Position numbers and translations under genes: made by a program | Shown here: positions 47,143 to 60,862 of the stretch, in pieces | How positions within the stretch are numbered: the stretch's first letter is position 1 | Layout: every line of letters starts with the position of its first letter | Source of the DNA: Sarea resinae | Lineage: Eukaryota | DNA: 64,000 nt | Assembly (NCBI GenBank): GCA_026026165.1 | Contig: JAPEUD010000013.1 | Span: 124,001-188,000, forward strand | Direction of reading: 5' to 3' | Notes under the pieces: generated by a model | Databases searched by the model: none | What the model was told of the DNA's origin: nothing | What the model saw: the letters and a program-made list of their open reading frames with translations, nothing else

Positions 47143-49416
47143 ATGCATTCAGCTCCAGAAAACGGCCCGCACCCAGAACCGCCTCCATGGAATGGCTACC
47201 CTCAGTCTATGGTCGGCTACCAGCCGTACAGTCAAGGATCACACGGTCAATATCGCCGCCATCCTGGAACTCCTGGTCCTCTTGGTCCTCCTGCCCTCAT
47301 GCCCCAAGGACATTCTCAGCCGATGAACTACCCTCCCCAGCAAATCCCCCAACATGGCCGACAAAACACCCAAGCCTGCTACAACTGTGGAGCCCCTGAT
47401 CACTGGGCCCAACATTGTCCAGAGCCTCGCCGGATTGTCCCCGCGTAACTTCCGCTCTGCCCTAACTCTATAGCATAACACTAACCTATCGCAGAGGCTC
47501 GGGACAGCGTCCAAACCCTTCACATCCTACGAAACGACAAAAACCAAATGGCCCTTACGACAAGAGACATTCTCAGCAGCAAAGCTACAATGTTCTTACT
47601 CATGCGCCGCAGGGATATCCAAGTGGTCCTGTCAATTGGCCGCCACTTCCGCCGCAACATGCTCCTTATGGTGGTCAAGGTCCGCCAACTCCAATGTCTG
47701 CAGACTCGGCCAAAATGCCACCGTGGAAACAGCCGCCTCCGGCACAGTACATACCATCGTATCCTCACTACGAAATTGGTGAAGATCATCCATCAATAGG
47801 CCCTCCAACTCCCGTGACCGCTTACAATTCACAACATTCCAGCCCGGCCTCTGCAGGGCTCCAGCAACATCAATCGTCCCTCCAAAGCAGACATGACGAG
47901 TACCGTCAGCCATCAGTGGATCGTTCTCATGGCAACCATTACCTTCCACTAGAGCCCACGCCGCCGGTGATGTCTCCTGAAGATTCTCAACGGCAACTAG
48001 AAAGTGGCCACACTACGCCAAGAACTTATAGTGTAGATGACGGGAAATTTTCTTCGAGAGATACTCGCAAATCATTCTCTTCTATAGAGTCTACCACTCG
48101 CAGCGCAGACGTTTCGGACTTTGTCGACGACGAGTCTTTCGACATCGAGTGGGAAGAATACGCGTTTGACAGCGGATGCAAAATGGCTCAGACAGGTAAG
48201 TCTGCCGACTATGACAGCTTGCAGGTCTAAAACTATGACTGCAGTTCACACCGTGGCAAGGACAGTTCATCAACCACTCCCTGCTACATTTGACGAAGAA
48301 GATCATGCCCAAACTCCATTGGCTGTAGATGTACAGTCCGGTCCCAAGCTTTTATTACAGGATCCTCGATCAGCTTGTCTTTCCATCAGGCAAACGGTGC
48401 ATTGGACTGTAATGCAGTGCGATCCAGTATTCCGAGTCATACCGGAGGACTCCGAATGTATCCCTCTGGAGGAGCTGATTGCCGCGCGCAGCTGCCAGAG
48501 ATCACACTTACAACGCGACAAGTCGGGTCACTATACCGAAGAGCTTGGTGGTCGTTCATCCGCGAATGGTGATGGGCGAGAAGAAAACGTTGTGGAAACC
48601 GTCGAGCACAACAAGGCGGCTTGTGGCGATGTCACCACCATCACCCCAGACGAACCGTGGCAACCACCACTCCTAGACAAAGAGGCCGAGGCAAGATTAG
48701 CCGCGCTGGGTGTCACTGGGATCCCGAAACCAGTCGAAGAATATGTCACGCCTCCCCCCGACATTCTCGAGATGATACGACAGGGATCTCTGGAAGCAGA
48801 ATCACAATCTCGTGGTAGGAGTCGAGACGTCAAAAAGAGGTAAGTATTCGTGTCAGAGAAGCCATCGTTGTTGCTTTCTAACCTGTTATATTCTACTAGA
48901 CGCCGTCATTTGGGATATACCAATCTCGACGGCGCTGTCGACGATACGCTGTCGCGGCCATCTCATTCACCAGATCGCAACAGCAAAAACGGCAACTACT
49001 CTGGCGTTCATCCTCTCCCACGAGGTGAAGGAAAGGAGTCAAGTCAAGATTTCCAGGCTCCTGTTCAAGCGGACAACCAGCCCCCGAGTCATGTAATTCC
49101 TTCCGGATGCGACCTCGATCCGCTCAGGGTGAATCAGAGTACGCAACCGATCCCAAATCCAACCTTGATCGAGAATCCACGTAAGAGGAGGTACTCTAGC
49201 CGTGATGGCTACGAGAGAAGCTCGTTCAAGCATGAGCATAAACGTGAGCGTGAGCATGACCGTGGTCATGACGGCGGAAAAGATTCACTCCACCGAGTCA
49301 AACAGCATGATACAAGCCCTCGACCACCGGCCCCTTCGCCGACGTCCACGTCACGATCGCGGGGCAGTAAGAGACGCGTGACTAGTGGTAGTGATGTCTT
49401 CAGTCGACGCTGGTGA
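47143..49416 (+). CDS. Pro/Gln-rich protein with a CCHC zinc knuckle, multi-exon, function unknown
   Basis: CYNCGAPDHWAQHC. Introns are evident near 47445-47493, 48196-48244 and 48840-48899. C-terminus ...DVFSRRW*. Confidence 0.7.
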
Positions 49417-49572
49417 TGGCGATAGTGATGGCGCTGGCGATGATGATGGTGACATGTACACGGTCGTAGTACTAGCGGTGTGGTGTTGTCCTGGCTAACT
49501 TTTCTTTTTCTTTTCTGGTCGGGGCTCGGTACAATGGCATGGGTCTTCGTTAGAATCGTATGTTGTCTGTCT

Positions 49573-49634
<62 letters not shown>
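49573..49634. repeat. (TCG)n microsatellite
   Basis: About 20 perfect trinucleotide units downstream of the CCHC gene. Confidence 0.95.
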
Positions 49635-49635
<1 letters not shown>

Positions 49636-50612
49636 ACTACTCTTTCTCCCCGTGCATCGCAGGTGTGGTGTGGTGTTTTTCTCATTCATTGGCTGATTGA
49701 GTGAGTGAGGAATGGCAAGGAATTGAATGGATCGAATGGATCGAATGGATCGAATGCACTGAGCGGCCGGGGTTATGAGGGGAGATTCGGATACAGTTGT
49801 AGATGCGGAGGGAGAGGTAGATGCAGATGTAGAGGTAGAGGGAGAGGCAGAGACAGAGGCAGAGGGACAGGGGAAGAATAGGTCAGGATAGATGAACCAA
49901 TACACCTACACTATACACACGCCTACACTACACCTAATACCCCATCCACGTCCACATGGATATCCCTATGCACGCACATACGCATTTGATATAGATCTCC
50001 ATAGAGGATGGGCGCACCTACGCGCACATCTTTATACATATCCATACGTATATGCATTCCCTGTGCACATAATACATGGATGCTCACATCCAGGATGCAC
50101 ACAAACAGACATACTCCCTAGGTGCGCACAAACGCATAAACAAACATGTACACGCGGCCCAAGGTGAAGTTATTGGTTTATTTTGTTCGTTCGGTCTAAG
50201 CTTTGAGTTGTTTAAGTCCTTATATTTTGTGATTGGTCGATGTCTGGATATGTTTTGGTTGATTGAATGCTCATATACTTATATGCTCATCTAGATGCTC
50301 AGGGCTCTAAGGAAAGCGGGAGCGGGAGGTGGGAGGAGGAGGGGTGGAAGGAGGAGAGGTGCGGGTATAGTTCATCAAATTCGTAAAAGCATAAACGCAT
50401 CGACTCGGGGCTTAATATACAGAACAAGGACTCGTACGGAGATAGATATAGAATACACGCCATCTACGCGCTCGCCGGACGCTCACCTACTCACTCCGAC
50501 CAATGCACTTACACTCAGTTGCAACGGATCAAGCGTCGAAGAAAGATTCAGCTTGTCTCCCGTTTCCCGCCGAGTTAATCTTCGTTTCTAGTCCCCCCTC
50601 GCTCCAGTCACT

Positions 50613-52338
50613 TCACGACGCCTCTCCGACCGCTTCACGAGCCCTCTCCCGCCATCGGGCAGCCTCCAAGAGACTCGCATAACTCCAGGTCAGATCTCGG
50701 GCGCCGCGCTCGAAGCCGGTGTACCGATCAAACTGCTCGCTGAGACGGCCGCCCCTGTCGTGATTGTCGGGCGTGTACGAGGCGTCGGCGTGTGCGCGCA
50801 CGATCGAGAGGAAGAGGTCCGCGGTTCGGATCAGGTTGCTGGAAGTAGGTTTGATATCGTGTTCGGGAATGACGAGGTATTCGGTGTTGGCCGTAGGAGT
50901 GTGAGCGAACGGGAGAAAATGCTGCCAGAAGTCCAGAGCGGTGGCGTTGATGACAACGTCCGCGGCGTTTCGATTTTGACTCTGGTTTTGAAGGTGGTGC
51001 GCGGTGCGGTAGAGGATTTCGGCTGCCGAAGCCGTACACAGGAACCAGGGATTCCCCCCCTCGGAGGCGGTGCCGTCGCCAGTGTAGACATCCTCGGGGT
51101 AACGGCCCAGTGCTACGGCCGGAAACATGGGGTTAGGGGAAGGCGGAAGAGGTTCATGGGAGTCAGACTTGGACGAGGAAGGCGGCCAATTGATCGGATA
51201 TCGGGCCTGCATATCCCTTGCGAGCGCCAGAAGTGTTTTCAGAACCTCGTCGGACCACGGTAGGAATATCTCCTGTGAGCCGTGGAGAGAGGCAAGGAGA
51301 ACACTACAGTCCAGACCTGAGCGTGAAGGCTGATCCAGCATAGATATCAGATGATTTCTTTGCGAGTCCCAGAATCGCAGCAGGAGCGCACGTATGCTGT
51401 CGGCTTGGGTGTCGTACCACTCTGCGGCGGCAGGATCATTGAAGGCACGAGCAAGTGCGGCGCCGGAGCGAAGAGCGCGCTGTTGCACGCTCATAGTGAA
51501 GAGGTGGCTGCCGCGGATTTCTTCCCATAGGTCGAAGGATGGGAGATGCCAATGATGGCTGACGTACTCGAGGTCTGCTTTTATGATACTGGCGGGCGGT
51601 AAGGCAGGGGCGTAGAGCGTGTTGAAGAAGTCGGAGGCGTCTGTTGAAGTGAAGCGGTGGGCCCATAGAGAGGGATGCGTGGTATTGTAGGTGTGTAGCC
51701 AGCGCATCAGGGTAAGTGCGCGCAGGGCTGGACCATCGGTTTGGGGACGACCCCAGGAGCCCGTGAAAGGGGCGCCAGAGACGAGAAACTTAGGTTCGCC
51801 AAGTGAGGAGAGGTCGGAGAAGGATCCGGACGGGTTGGAGGTGGTTTGGAGAGTGCGTTGAAGGGTAGTATAGGCGGCCATGAGGGAGGTTATGTTGGTG
51901 GTTGTGGGCGATGAGGGAGAGGATGAGTAGACGTTTACGAGAGATGAAGTCGTGATTGCAGCATCTCGGACCCCTTCGAGATGAATGAGTTAACGCTAGG
52001 TATGCTGCAAAGAAGAGAAGAGCTATACATTGGTAGTAATAATTTGGATGCTCCCTTGAAGGGCTAGCGATCACGGTGCCTGGAGCTGCACCGGCAGTAT
52101 TCAAGCCGCCCGGGGCTATATTGGCTAGAAGACGAGAAAGCGCCGTCTCTTCCTCTTCTTGAAGCCATTGCTCAAAGGTCGACGAAGACTCCTTGTCACT
52201 GTAATGATCCGGAAAGGAATCCTCTGGGAATGAATATTGTGTATTTAATGGTTTGAACCGCGCAATTGACGGAATGGTCAGAGCAACGGAGTACGAAAAG
52301 AAAAGAGCCCATAGGGCGTATGTGTATAGTGTGCGCAT
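50613..52338 (-). CDS. Secreted glucoamylase (GH15) without a starch-binding domain
   Basis: Signal peptide, VIASPS..HPNYYYQ/WVRDAA, LGEPKF, WGRPQTDGPALRA, FDLWEE, GRYPEDVY, LSEQFDR and DLTWSYAS. Confidence 0.92.
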
Positions 52339-53079
52339 GCTGCCAAGATATCAAGCATGGCAGATAGAAAAGAAGTCGAGGATGCTTCCTGTGCTGTAGG
52401 TGGAGACGAAGAGAAAGATGGAACAGAAGATTGCGCAAAGCCGCAAAGAGATCAGATCTGTGTCAGACTGCGGATTAATGAAGAGAAGTTAGCTAGTAAT
52501 AAGCATCATGACCCCAGCTTTGCCGTAGGGTGCCCTCGTGGCTCTGTCTGGGGATCATTTTTTTTTCTTTCGCCCTGGCTGGACAGACAGACCGGACAAG
52601 AGGGAAGTGCGAAGTGGGGAGACGGCCGTGGAGTTGTCTCAAGGAGCCAATGGTGATGGGATGAGAATACGAGAGGTGGAAGTCTCAGAGTGACGGCCAA
52701 GTGGCTGTCGTGGACTGGCCGTGTGATGTTTTGCGGATTACATGACGCGAACGCGCGAAAGAAATTCTCTGCAGATCTTGTGATGTTGTCCCTGATCGCC
52801 GACTGGTCGATGATGCAACACAGAACACAGAAGCGTCATCCTCGGCATCTGCATTGGCACGGGATTGGCAACTCGGACCGAACACACCGAATCCATCAGA
52901 ACGATATTCTCTCGATTGATTCATTCTTGATCGGTTCAAGTAAGATCAAGTAAGATCAAGATAATGACTACGATATTGACGATGTGATGTATGATGACCA
53001 AAATGACTAGCAACATGCTCTCGCCGCCATATGCAGATGCCCGACAACAATACACCTCCCGCTCCCCACTCGACTGCCT

Positions 53080-53913
53080 TTACTGAAATTCGCCAAATTC
53101 GCCATCGTCAAAGCCCAGGTCCGTCGTGGATTTCGTCTCGGGCGGCGCAAAGGACTCGGGCGTAAATGTCTGTCTGCTCCGCCTCCGCTCTTGCTTCACG
53201 GACGCGGCGCTCGGGGGAGGCGGTAGGAGCGGCGCAACTCCGGCTCCACTTGGAGGTGGTGCAATCGAGAAGAGAGCGTTCTCCTCGGAGCCATAGGACG
53301 GAGGACTCTTCCTTTCCTCTCGCTGTCTCCGTCCTCTGCCTCCAATGTTCACCGTAATCGTCTCTCCCTCCTTGAGGCTAAAGTCTTTCTTCTCGGGCAG
53401 CTTCTCGGATGCATCCGTTCTGGTCTTCCTGCCAGAGCTTCCCACGGCAGCCTTATCTAGTCCTTGGACCTTGCGCACTTCTTGCAGACTGATGCCGAAG
53501 TCAAAGGCTTCGCTCCTCTCCTCGAATCCAATTCCCAGCGTCGCTTTTCTGCCTCCTTCGCCCACCACCCTCACGGCAAAAAAACGCGAACTGTCCAGGA
53601 CCTGCTCAACAGCCGCCGGAGTCGTATATGGTGCCGCAGCAAATAATTCGCCGGTTTTGGGATCTTCCAGGAGAATATCCGTTCGCACAGTTTCGGAACC
53701 CGAGGAGTCTGTCGTAGCTGTCTCGAGTACGCGCAGGCGGGCGGTGAAGATTTGACGCTCATTGTTATTGGCCGTCCATGTCGAGGCGTTGTAGCCCTTG
53801 GTCGACGTCAGAGGTGGGATGTTGTAGACGTGCACTTGGGGCGCGAGGAAGAGGACGCGCTGGATGGCGTCAGCGGGGAGAGGTTGGCCCGTGGCGGGAT
53901 TGATGCTGGCCAT
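53080..53913 (-). CDS. Adaptin ear-binding coat-associated protein (NECAP, DUF1681)
   Basis: VHVYNIPP, GELFAAAPY, DSSRFFAVRV, GIGFEERSEAFDF, DFSLKEGETI and C-terminal FGEFQ. Confidence 0.9.
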   Translation of the reverse strand: MASINPATGQPLPADAIQRVLFLAPQVHVYNIPPLTSTKGYNASTWTANNNERQIFTARLRVLETATTDSSGSETVRTDILLEDPKTGELFAAAPYTTPAAVEQVLDSSRFFAVRVVGEGGRKATLGIGFEERSEAFDFGISLQEVRKVQGLDKAAVGSSGRKTRTDASEKLPEKKDFSLKEGETITVNIGGRGRRQREERKSPPSYGSEENALFSIAPPPSGAGVAPLLPPPPSAASVKQERRRSRQTFTPESFAPPETKSTTDLGFDDGEFGEFQ

Positions 53914-54487
53914 GATATAGCGGCGTGAGATAGCAGATGTTCGGGGTAGTTGACTGGATCTCGATCTCGATCTCGAAACACCGTAGCTAACAAGGTAATA
54001 TTGCTAGGTCTGTGAGACGAATGAGTAATTGGTGTTTATCGAGGTGAGGGGTAGGTAGAATGATTGGGATCAGATGGCACATGGAGAGGTGTTCAGGCCA
54101 ACGCCATGGTCCTCCTGATTGCGCGGTGACAGTGACAGCGACGGCGACAGTGGCTCTCTCGACATCACTCGCCCACGAGACGTGAAGACGAGCTGGCAAA
54201 GGCAGAGGCAGAGGCAGAGGCAAAGGGGTGCAATGTGCACGGTCAAGACGAGCACGAAATGGCCATGGTAAGCTGATCTGGATGTATACAGTCACATACA
54301 CATACAGTCACAGTACTGCCCGGCGTACTCGCAGAGTGGAGTGGGGAGGTCTTCGTATCTTATCGATTGGCCAGCGCATACTCCGGAGTAGAGAATACGA
54401 ACATGGGCAGCAGGACCCGGTTACCCTGCCACTTGCTCGAGACCATCGGCTTCATCTTTTTCTAGTCATCATGAGTGGGTATTGTTG

Positions 54488-54518
<31 letters not shown>

Positions 54519-54530
54519 CCATCATCGTCA
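54488..54530. repeat. (ATC)n microsatellite just upstream of GCN3
   Basis: Tandem ATC units with a few variant units. Confidence 0.85.
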
Positions 54531-54559
54531 GCTCAGAGTCTTCCATAAACGCCGTCACC

Positions 54560-56013
54560 ATGGCAGACTCGATGCCATCCCGTAAGTCCCACCCTTCAAG
54601 TGTAGAACCCACCAGATCGAAAACAATGCACTACATACACTACCGACAATGCCAAACTGACAAACTTCGCGCCAGCACCAAGCTCTCCCTCCACCCCTCT
54701 GAGTCCCCACCAAGACCCCTCAACAACTCCTCCTCCCCTGCCAGGAAATCCTCCCGCCTTGACCAGAATGAGTACCACAGGCATGGGACCGGGCAAGAGT
54801 GCCCACGACTTTGAGTACGCTCTCCCCTCTCCACTGTATCAAAAATGACTAACCCTCTGCTCCGCAGCATCGTGGCAACCTACCACCGGCTCCTGGCCGA
54901 AGACCCTGATCTGACAATGCCCGTCGCAGCCATCGAATCGCTCGTCGAGCTCCTCTCCGCTTCCAACAGCTCCACCATCTCCGAAACCCTCGACCTCCTC
55001 GCCACCAGCACCGCACATCTGAAGCGCGCCATCGCAAACCCGATCTCACTCTCCGCAGGCACCGACCTCTTCCAGCGCTACCTCATCACCACCCTGCAAC
55101 GGCCAGGACAATTGGGACCGGCGGGGGATTTCCGGAGCATTCGTTCCCACTTACTCAGCAACGGCCGGCTCTTCGTCCAGCGCGCCAAGGCCTCGAGAGA
55201 CAAGATCGCGTCTTTTGGACGGCATTTCGTTAGAGATGGTACGACGGTGCTGACGAATGGCGGCTCCCGTGTTGTCGGTGCCCTGCTTCGCTCTGCCGCC
55301 GAGTCGAGTCCCGGCAGCGCCCGATTTCGCGTCATCTACGTCCTCAACAGCAGCTCCGCGACTCAAAAAGAAGACACCGAAGGTCTTTCCATCGTCCTCG
55401 CTCTCCGCTCTCTGGGCGTTCCAGTAGCCACGATTCCCGAGTCTGCAGTCGGCTACTCACTAGGGAAAGTCGACATGGTCATTGTAGGCGCCGAAGGAGT
55501 CGTCGAAAACGGCGGCATCATCTCTCGCCTGGGCACCTACCAGATCGGATTACTAGCGCAAGCAGCAGCAAAACCGTTCTATGTCGTGGCCGAGAGCCAC
55601 AAGTTCGTGAGGCTGTATCCGCTAAGTCAGTATGATCTGCCGATTGAGCAGCGGGTTCTTGAGTTTGTCTCCGGGGGCGACGCCGAGACGGGCGAGAAGG
55701 AGAACGAGGTGGAGAGGGGCGGTAGGCGAGAATCTGGAGCTCAGTCGATAATAGACTGGACGGAAAAGACGCCCAAAGTGGATGACAGGGCGGAATATTT
55801 TGCCGATACTGACACGGAACGGGAGCGGCATGGGAGCCTTAACAACAATGCTGAGGCCGTTGATTTCACTGTTCGTCCTCCTGTCCTCCCTTTATCCCAG
55901 ACCTAACGCTAAGTGTACAACAGCCACCGGATCTGATCTCGGCCCTCATCACGGAAAGCGGTGTCTTGACTCCCAGCGCGGTCAGTGAGGAGCTGATCAA
56001 GATATGGTTCTGA
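54560..56013 (+). CDS. GCN3: Translation initiation factor eIF2B alpha subunit, multi-exon
   Basis: MPVAAIESL, SLSAGTDLF, VGAEGVVENGG, AESHKFVRLYPL and VDFT/PPDLISALITESGVLTPSAVSEELIKIWF*. Confidence 0.92.
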
Positions 56014-57190
56014 GAAAGCCCGCGCCTCCCCGACCTTTTTCATCTCCTCCGCTTTCTTCATCCTCACGCTGACGACTCGACGACGATGCTCCGACGACCC
56101 GCTGCCATAAACCAAGCCGATCTTCGCCTTTATCCGTCCCCAAGAGAGACCATATCGTAAACCCGCGCTTCGTTTCCCCAGCAACCTACATCCGCATCTA
56201 CTCAACTTTTCCCGTCTTCCTCTCTCTTCCCATGTGGATCACAGAGCCGCCCCCTCCTCGACCACACACACACATACACACATACACGTAAAATCCTCGT
56301 CACACATCTCATCCCAGGCCCCTCACCTCTCTTCCCCGGCCCAATCAACCCAGAAATATTAAATCAGGCGCAAATAGGCGGGGTTTCAAGAGGTCTGCAT
56401 TACGTTGTACATTGTCTCTAGATTTATAGAAGCGTTCCCTACCTTACCGAGTTTATCTACTTAAAATGATTTTATCAAATAAAGAATAGAAATCAGATAT
56501 GGATATACTGTTTTGCTTACTTGACCCCAGCCTCCTCCGCCGCCGCCCCCCCAAACCTCAAAACAGTCGTCTCGAGGATAGTTGCCAGTAAGTCTGCAGT
56601 TGTGCACGGTGGATGTATATGTATGTTCGGATTGAATTATTATTCTGATATTATAGCACTGTGCATGCTCAGCTCGGTCCAAACGAAATTTCGGTTCTCG
56701 CATGATGGACCGCCACCCTGGCCACTCTGCCACCCTCCCCCCAGAAAGAGCAGGAACAGGAACAGGACCAAAGCAAATTGACGCCTCCAGCCGAACCGCT
56801 CCACCAGTCGCCCCAGTATCCACTCGTCCGTTCCATCCACCCCATTTATTTGAACCCAGAAAACCCCCACGAGAGCAAACCAAAGAGACACGTGAGCTGT
56901 GTGGAGTAGGCAAGCGAAGACAATTTTTTTGTTGGAAAAGCTCAAGGAAACGAAATCGAGGAAAAGGAAAAAAGAAAAAAAAAGGAAGAGGGAAAGGAAT
57001 TGGGGTGAGGGGCCGAGGAACCGAGAGATCACCAACGCCAGAAGACGCCCCTTCTTGACAACATGATTGAGAGGGACGATGGAGTGTTGTATTTGGTGGG
57101 GGGGAGTCAGAGAAAGGCCAGATGACGGATTTGGACACTGGAAACACGACAAGACCCAATGGCCATGCATGTTTGCATGCCGTCTTTCGC

Positions 57191-59225
57191 TCATGATCCT
57201 TCACTACCATCGCCGCCATCACCCGTAGCGGCGCCCTCGTCCTCCAGAGCAGCGAGTTCCCTCTCCTTAGCCGCGAGCATCTCCTGGATTCGATCTCTCT
57301 CTCGCTGCAGTTCTTCACGTTTGGTACCACCACCGGTAAGCCGCCTCTTATCCCCACTTCCAGCGCCATTTACATTTACATCCCCACCGCTATCAGCTCC
57401 ACCACCACTGCTAGGACTGCCGGCATTTCTCTCCCAATGATGCTGCGTCTGAGACTGTCTATCCCCATGGCTGTGACTTAACGCCGCCAAAGACGGATCA
57501 AGTGGCATGCTGTCCTCGCCTGCCTGCTGGGCGGGATTCAGGATCGACTTGATGCTGTTAAGCCGGTTCTGTGTCGCGGCGGCTGCTGCGGCTGCGGCTA
57601 CAGCGGCGGCTTCAGTGGTATGGTCTTTGCTGCTACCGTCGGTGCCTTCGGCAACAGAGAGGGATCGTTTACGTCCCTGAGGACCACCGCCATTGTGGGC
57701 CGCTTGCGGGGAGCCTGACGCGTGGTGATGGGTTGGCGAAGGGTAATTGAGCGGCGGCAGAGAAGTGCCGTCTTCGGTGGTGTCGTTATTATTATCGTGT
57801 CGGTTGTGATGCGATTGATAGTCTGTGAAGTCTGTGACGGGTGTATGAATATGAGGATCGTGATGATATCTTGGCGTAGGTGTTTCGGGTCCGGGGTGCC
57901 GTTGAGTGGCAGAGCGGAAACCTAAGTTTACGGAACCGTCGGGGTTGCTGGTTCCTCTGTATTTCTCGACATGCTCTGTGAGATGGTGGTGTTGCTGTGT
58001 TGGGTCGGGAGACGGGGTGCCAAATGCTTGTTGCTGCATGTTTTGCGGTTGATCTTGTAAAGCTGGGACGACGCGTTTTCTTCGTTTGATGATGGACTTT
58101 TTCATCGCTACAGGACGATGAACGCCATGCAATTTGTGATACAGTCCTATGATAGATCAGATTCTGGCTCCTTCAATAACCTCCATGTTGTAACTTACCA
58201 CAAGCGTTGCATATCGTATGACCGCTCTCGTCTCTTCTCCATAGAGGTGTGATCGTGGTTCCGCAATTCTGACAAGCTACCACCACGCTGGTAGTATTCT
58301 GATTCGATGTTTGGCCATCTTCTACAGGTGCATTGTTCTCAATATTCCCAACAGGCGTTGACTCAGCTTCGGTCTGTGAGGGTTCCGTTTGCCTGCTCGG
58401 CGTGTGACCGTGCCCAATAGTGAACTGCGCCGTCTTGGAGACTCGGTTGTTGAATGCTGGACAGCCGTTGCAACCTTCAGCCCCACCGGTCCCATTGCAC
58501 CGCCCGCCGCCTGGGCAGGAGCCATTTTGAACCTGATCTGCCGCGACATATGTAGCTCCAGCGGTGGTATGATGACTGCAACCAGGAGCATGTGTGGGTG
58601 GTGATACGTTTCGTTTCTGTTCGGATTGTGTGTGAGGTGACTGAGCATTGGCCGCCGAATGAGGCGAACGCTTGAGGTTCGTTGGTCGAGAAGTATTGCG
58701 AGCTTTGAGGTAAAGACCACACGCATTGCATATAGTCGAGCCCGTGGGTGAACGTCGCCATAGAGGCGTACGAGTAGTCCCGCAATTACTAGATATCCGT
58801 CAGTCATCTGTAATGCGAAGGAAATCACTCGACGCATACCTGCACACTTGCCCGGTCAAGGGTGCATGATTACCCATTGAACCCTGACGTGGGTCGTCCA
58901 TCTGGTCGCGAGACGAAGGCCGCTCGATCATCTGATGCTGCGTAGTATTTGCATCCTCAGATCCGTTCCTTTCACCATTCTGATCTTCTCTCAGCGCCTG
59001 CCTGGATGAGGCCGTTCCATTCTCCATGGTCGCGCCTGTCTCTGTTCCATCAACGCTCTCGGATGCTCGGCCATATCTTCGACCCTGCGCGTGTTCCACG
59101 AGTTGTCCAGCCAGTTCGAGATCTTCCTTCGAGGGCTGTCGGTTTGGTGGCGATGGGTTGTGCACCGCCGAGGCAGTCGGGGAAAGCGCGTCTGCCTGAC
59201 CGCGCGCCGTCAATACTCCTGTCAT
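57191..59225 (-). CDS. sreA: GATA-type iron-responsive repressor of siderophore biosynthesis (SreA/Sre1/Fep1 family)
   Basis: Two GATA fingers ([27 protein letters not shown] and [25 protein letters not shown]) flank the Cys-rich [21 protein letters not shown] segment; C-terminal coiled coil. Confidence 0.92.
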
Positions 59226-60862
59226 TGCGCCGCTCTCACGCTTTTTGGGGGTGGTGCTATAAACACATGTAGATCGAAGCGAACGACGATCGAGTGTTGT
59301 TGTCGTCTTACGCTGGTCGTCGGTGTTGAAAGGAGGTCTGTACAGGATTATCGAGGTGATCGAATCCTTGATCTGATATGACAAGATCTTCAAACGCACA
59401 AAAGGTTGTGTGATGGTAGGGGAAAGTATGTAAGTTGGGCTGAAGGGCAGGGCAGGGCGGAATAATGCGAATGGGCCGACGTTGAGAATGGGGCGCTTGT
59501 GAGACGAGAGTGGCGATTGGGGGGGAAGGGAAGGAAGGAGGGAGGGAGGGAATTCACGTTCATGGTGGATGACAGAAAGGCGCGATCGTGAGCCAGATGG
59601 CGCTACATGCTACGAGATTCTACTAAGACCTCGAGATCTGGAAAGCTTCTTGATCTTCCCTTTTCTTCGACCTCCATCTTCCTCCTAGGTCTCTACATAG
59701 TACTCTTCCATGTATCCAGGAAGCAGGCAACCGCCGTGGGCAGGGAAGCACAACAGGTGAGGTGGTCCATCCATACCTGAGGTAAGGTAAGGCAGTAAGT
59801 ACTCCGTAGCGTGGACTGCGCCGCTTAGATCGATACGATATGATAGACGGCGATACGACACCCTTTCCAGACCCCATGATGATCTCGACATGTCAGCAAG
59901 ATCCTGTCTTCCATTGTCGGTCTCGTCTCGTCTACCTAGGTAGCATTCAAGATGGCGAGAGATCAGGGTGTTTCTCATGTCTTCTATGCCTCATTTCTGC
60001 CACCGGGGCCAGTGAGGATGAGATGCTTGGTCCAGTACGACGAAATGTACATATCTATTGTGAGCAGGTATTACCATTAGCTCAACGCTCATTGGCCATT
60101 GGACAGGTCGGAAATCGGCCGAGAGCAAAGTGCTAATTCCCACCATCCACACTCAGCTGGACGCCGCTGTCGCTCATCGCCTCTCATTCGCTCCTTCCCC
60201 CCACCCCCCGTCCGACAATCTCTCATCCGATCGCGTGCACGGACATCTCGAATGCAACATCTCTGCCGACAGTTCCAATCTAATCGCATCTGCCTCTCCA
60301 TCTGCTTACCTAAGTAGCATCAATCCTTAGATGATCCAGCTGGAGCCCAGTTTTCTTTCTCACTCAGGTATCACGAGATCCTGGAGTATCTAATCAGAGC
60401 ATAGCCATATCATCGATCTCTCCAACATAGACTCGTGCACGTGACTCGGATTATGAGAATCTGCGTACCCTTCTAGAGCAGCTACATATATCTACTTTTC
60501 CTTCTAGGGTAACGGTGGTCGGACTGTATCATACCGTGAGGCGGGAGATATCATGTATTTTGCAACTTTCTATCGTAACTCTATCGTAAGAGTCATGTCA
60601 TCCTTTCAAGCTCTAGGATTATAATCATGAGTGCCGCGCAAGGACTGAGGAAAGAGAAACGAAACGTGCTTCCGAGCACTTCTGAATAGCCAAATTGCGT
60701 GGTGATAATCAATTCAGCTTTGCACACGAATATATAAATTACATGGAACGCTTGATAGCAGGAGACTTTCGTCTTATCGAGATAGAAATTCCGTATTTAA
60801 CACAGTGACCGAAGTGACCGAAGACTAAGGGGATACGGAGCGAGATTCGAGGCCGCGGCAGC

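Noticed and set aside
47377..47420. CCHC knuckle as a retrotransposon gag
   Set aside because: The gene has spliceosomal introns and there is no protease, RT, integrase or LTR.
56461..57369. 302-aa ORF and other long ORFs overlapping real genes or simple repeats (e.g. 974..1855, 21557..21960, 49266..49905)
   Set aside because: Antisense or alternate-frame shadows of genuine CDSs, or translations of low-complexity UTR sequence, with no domain motifs.
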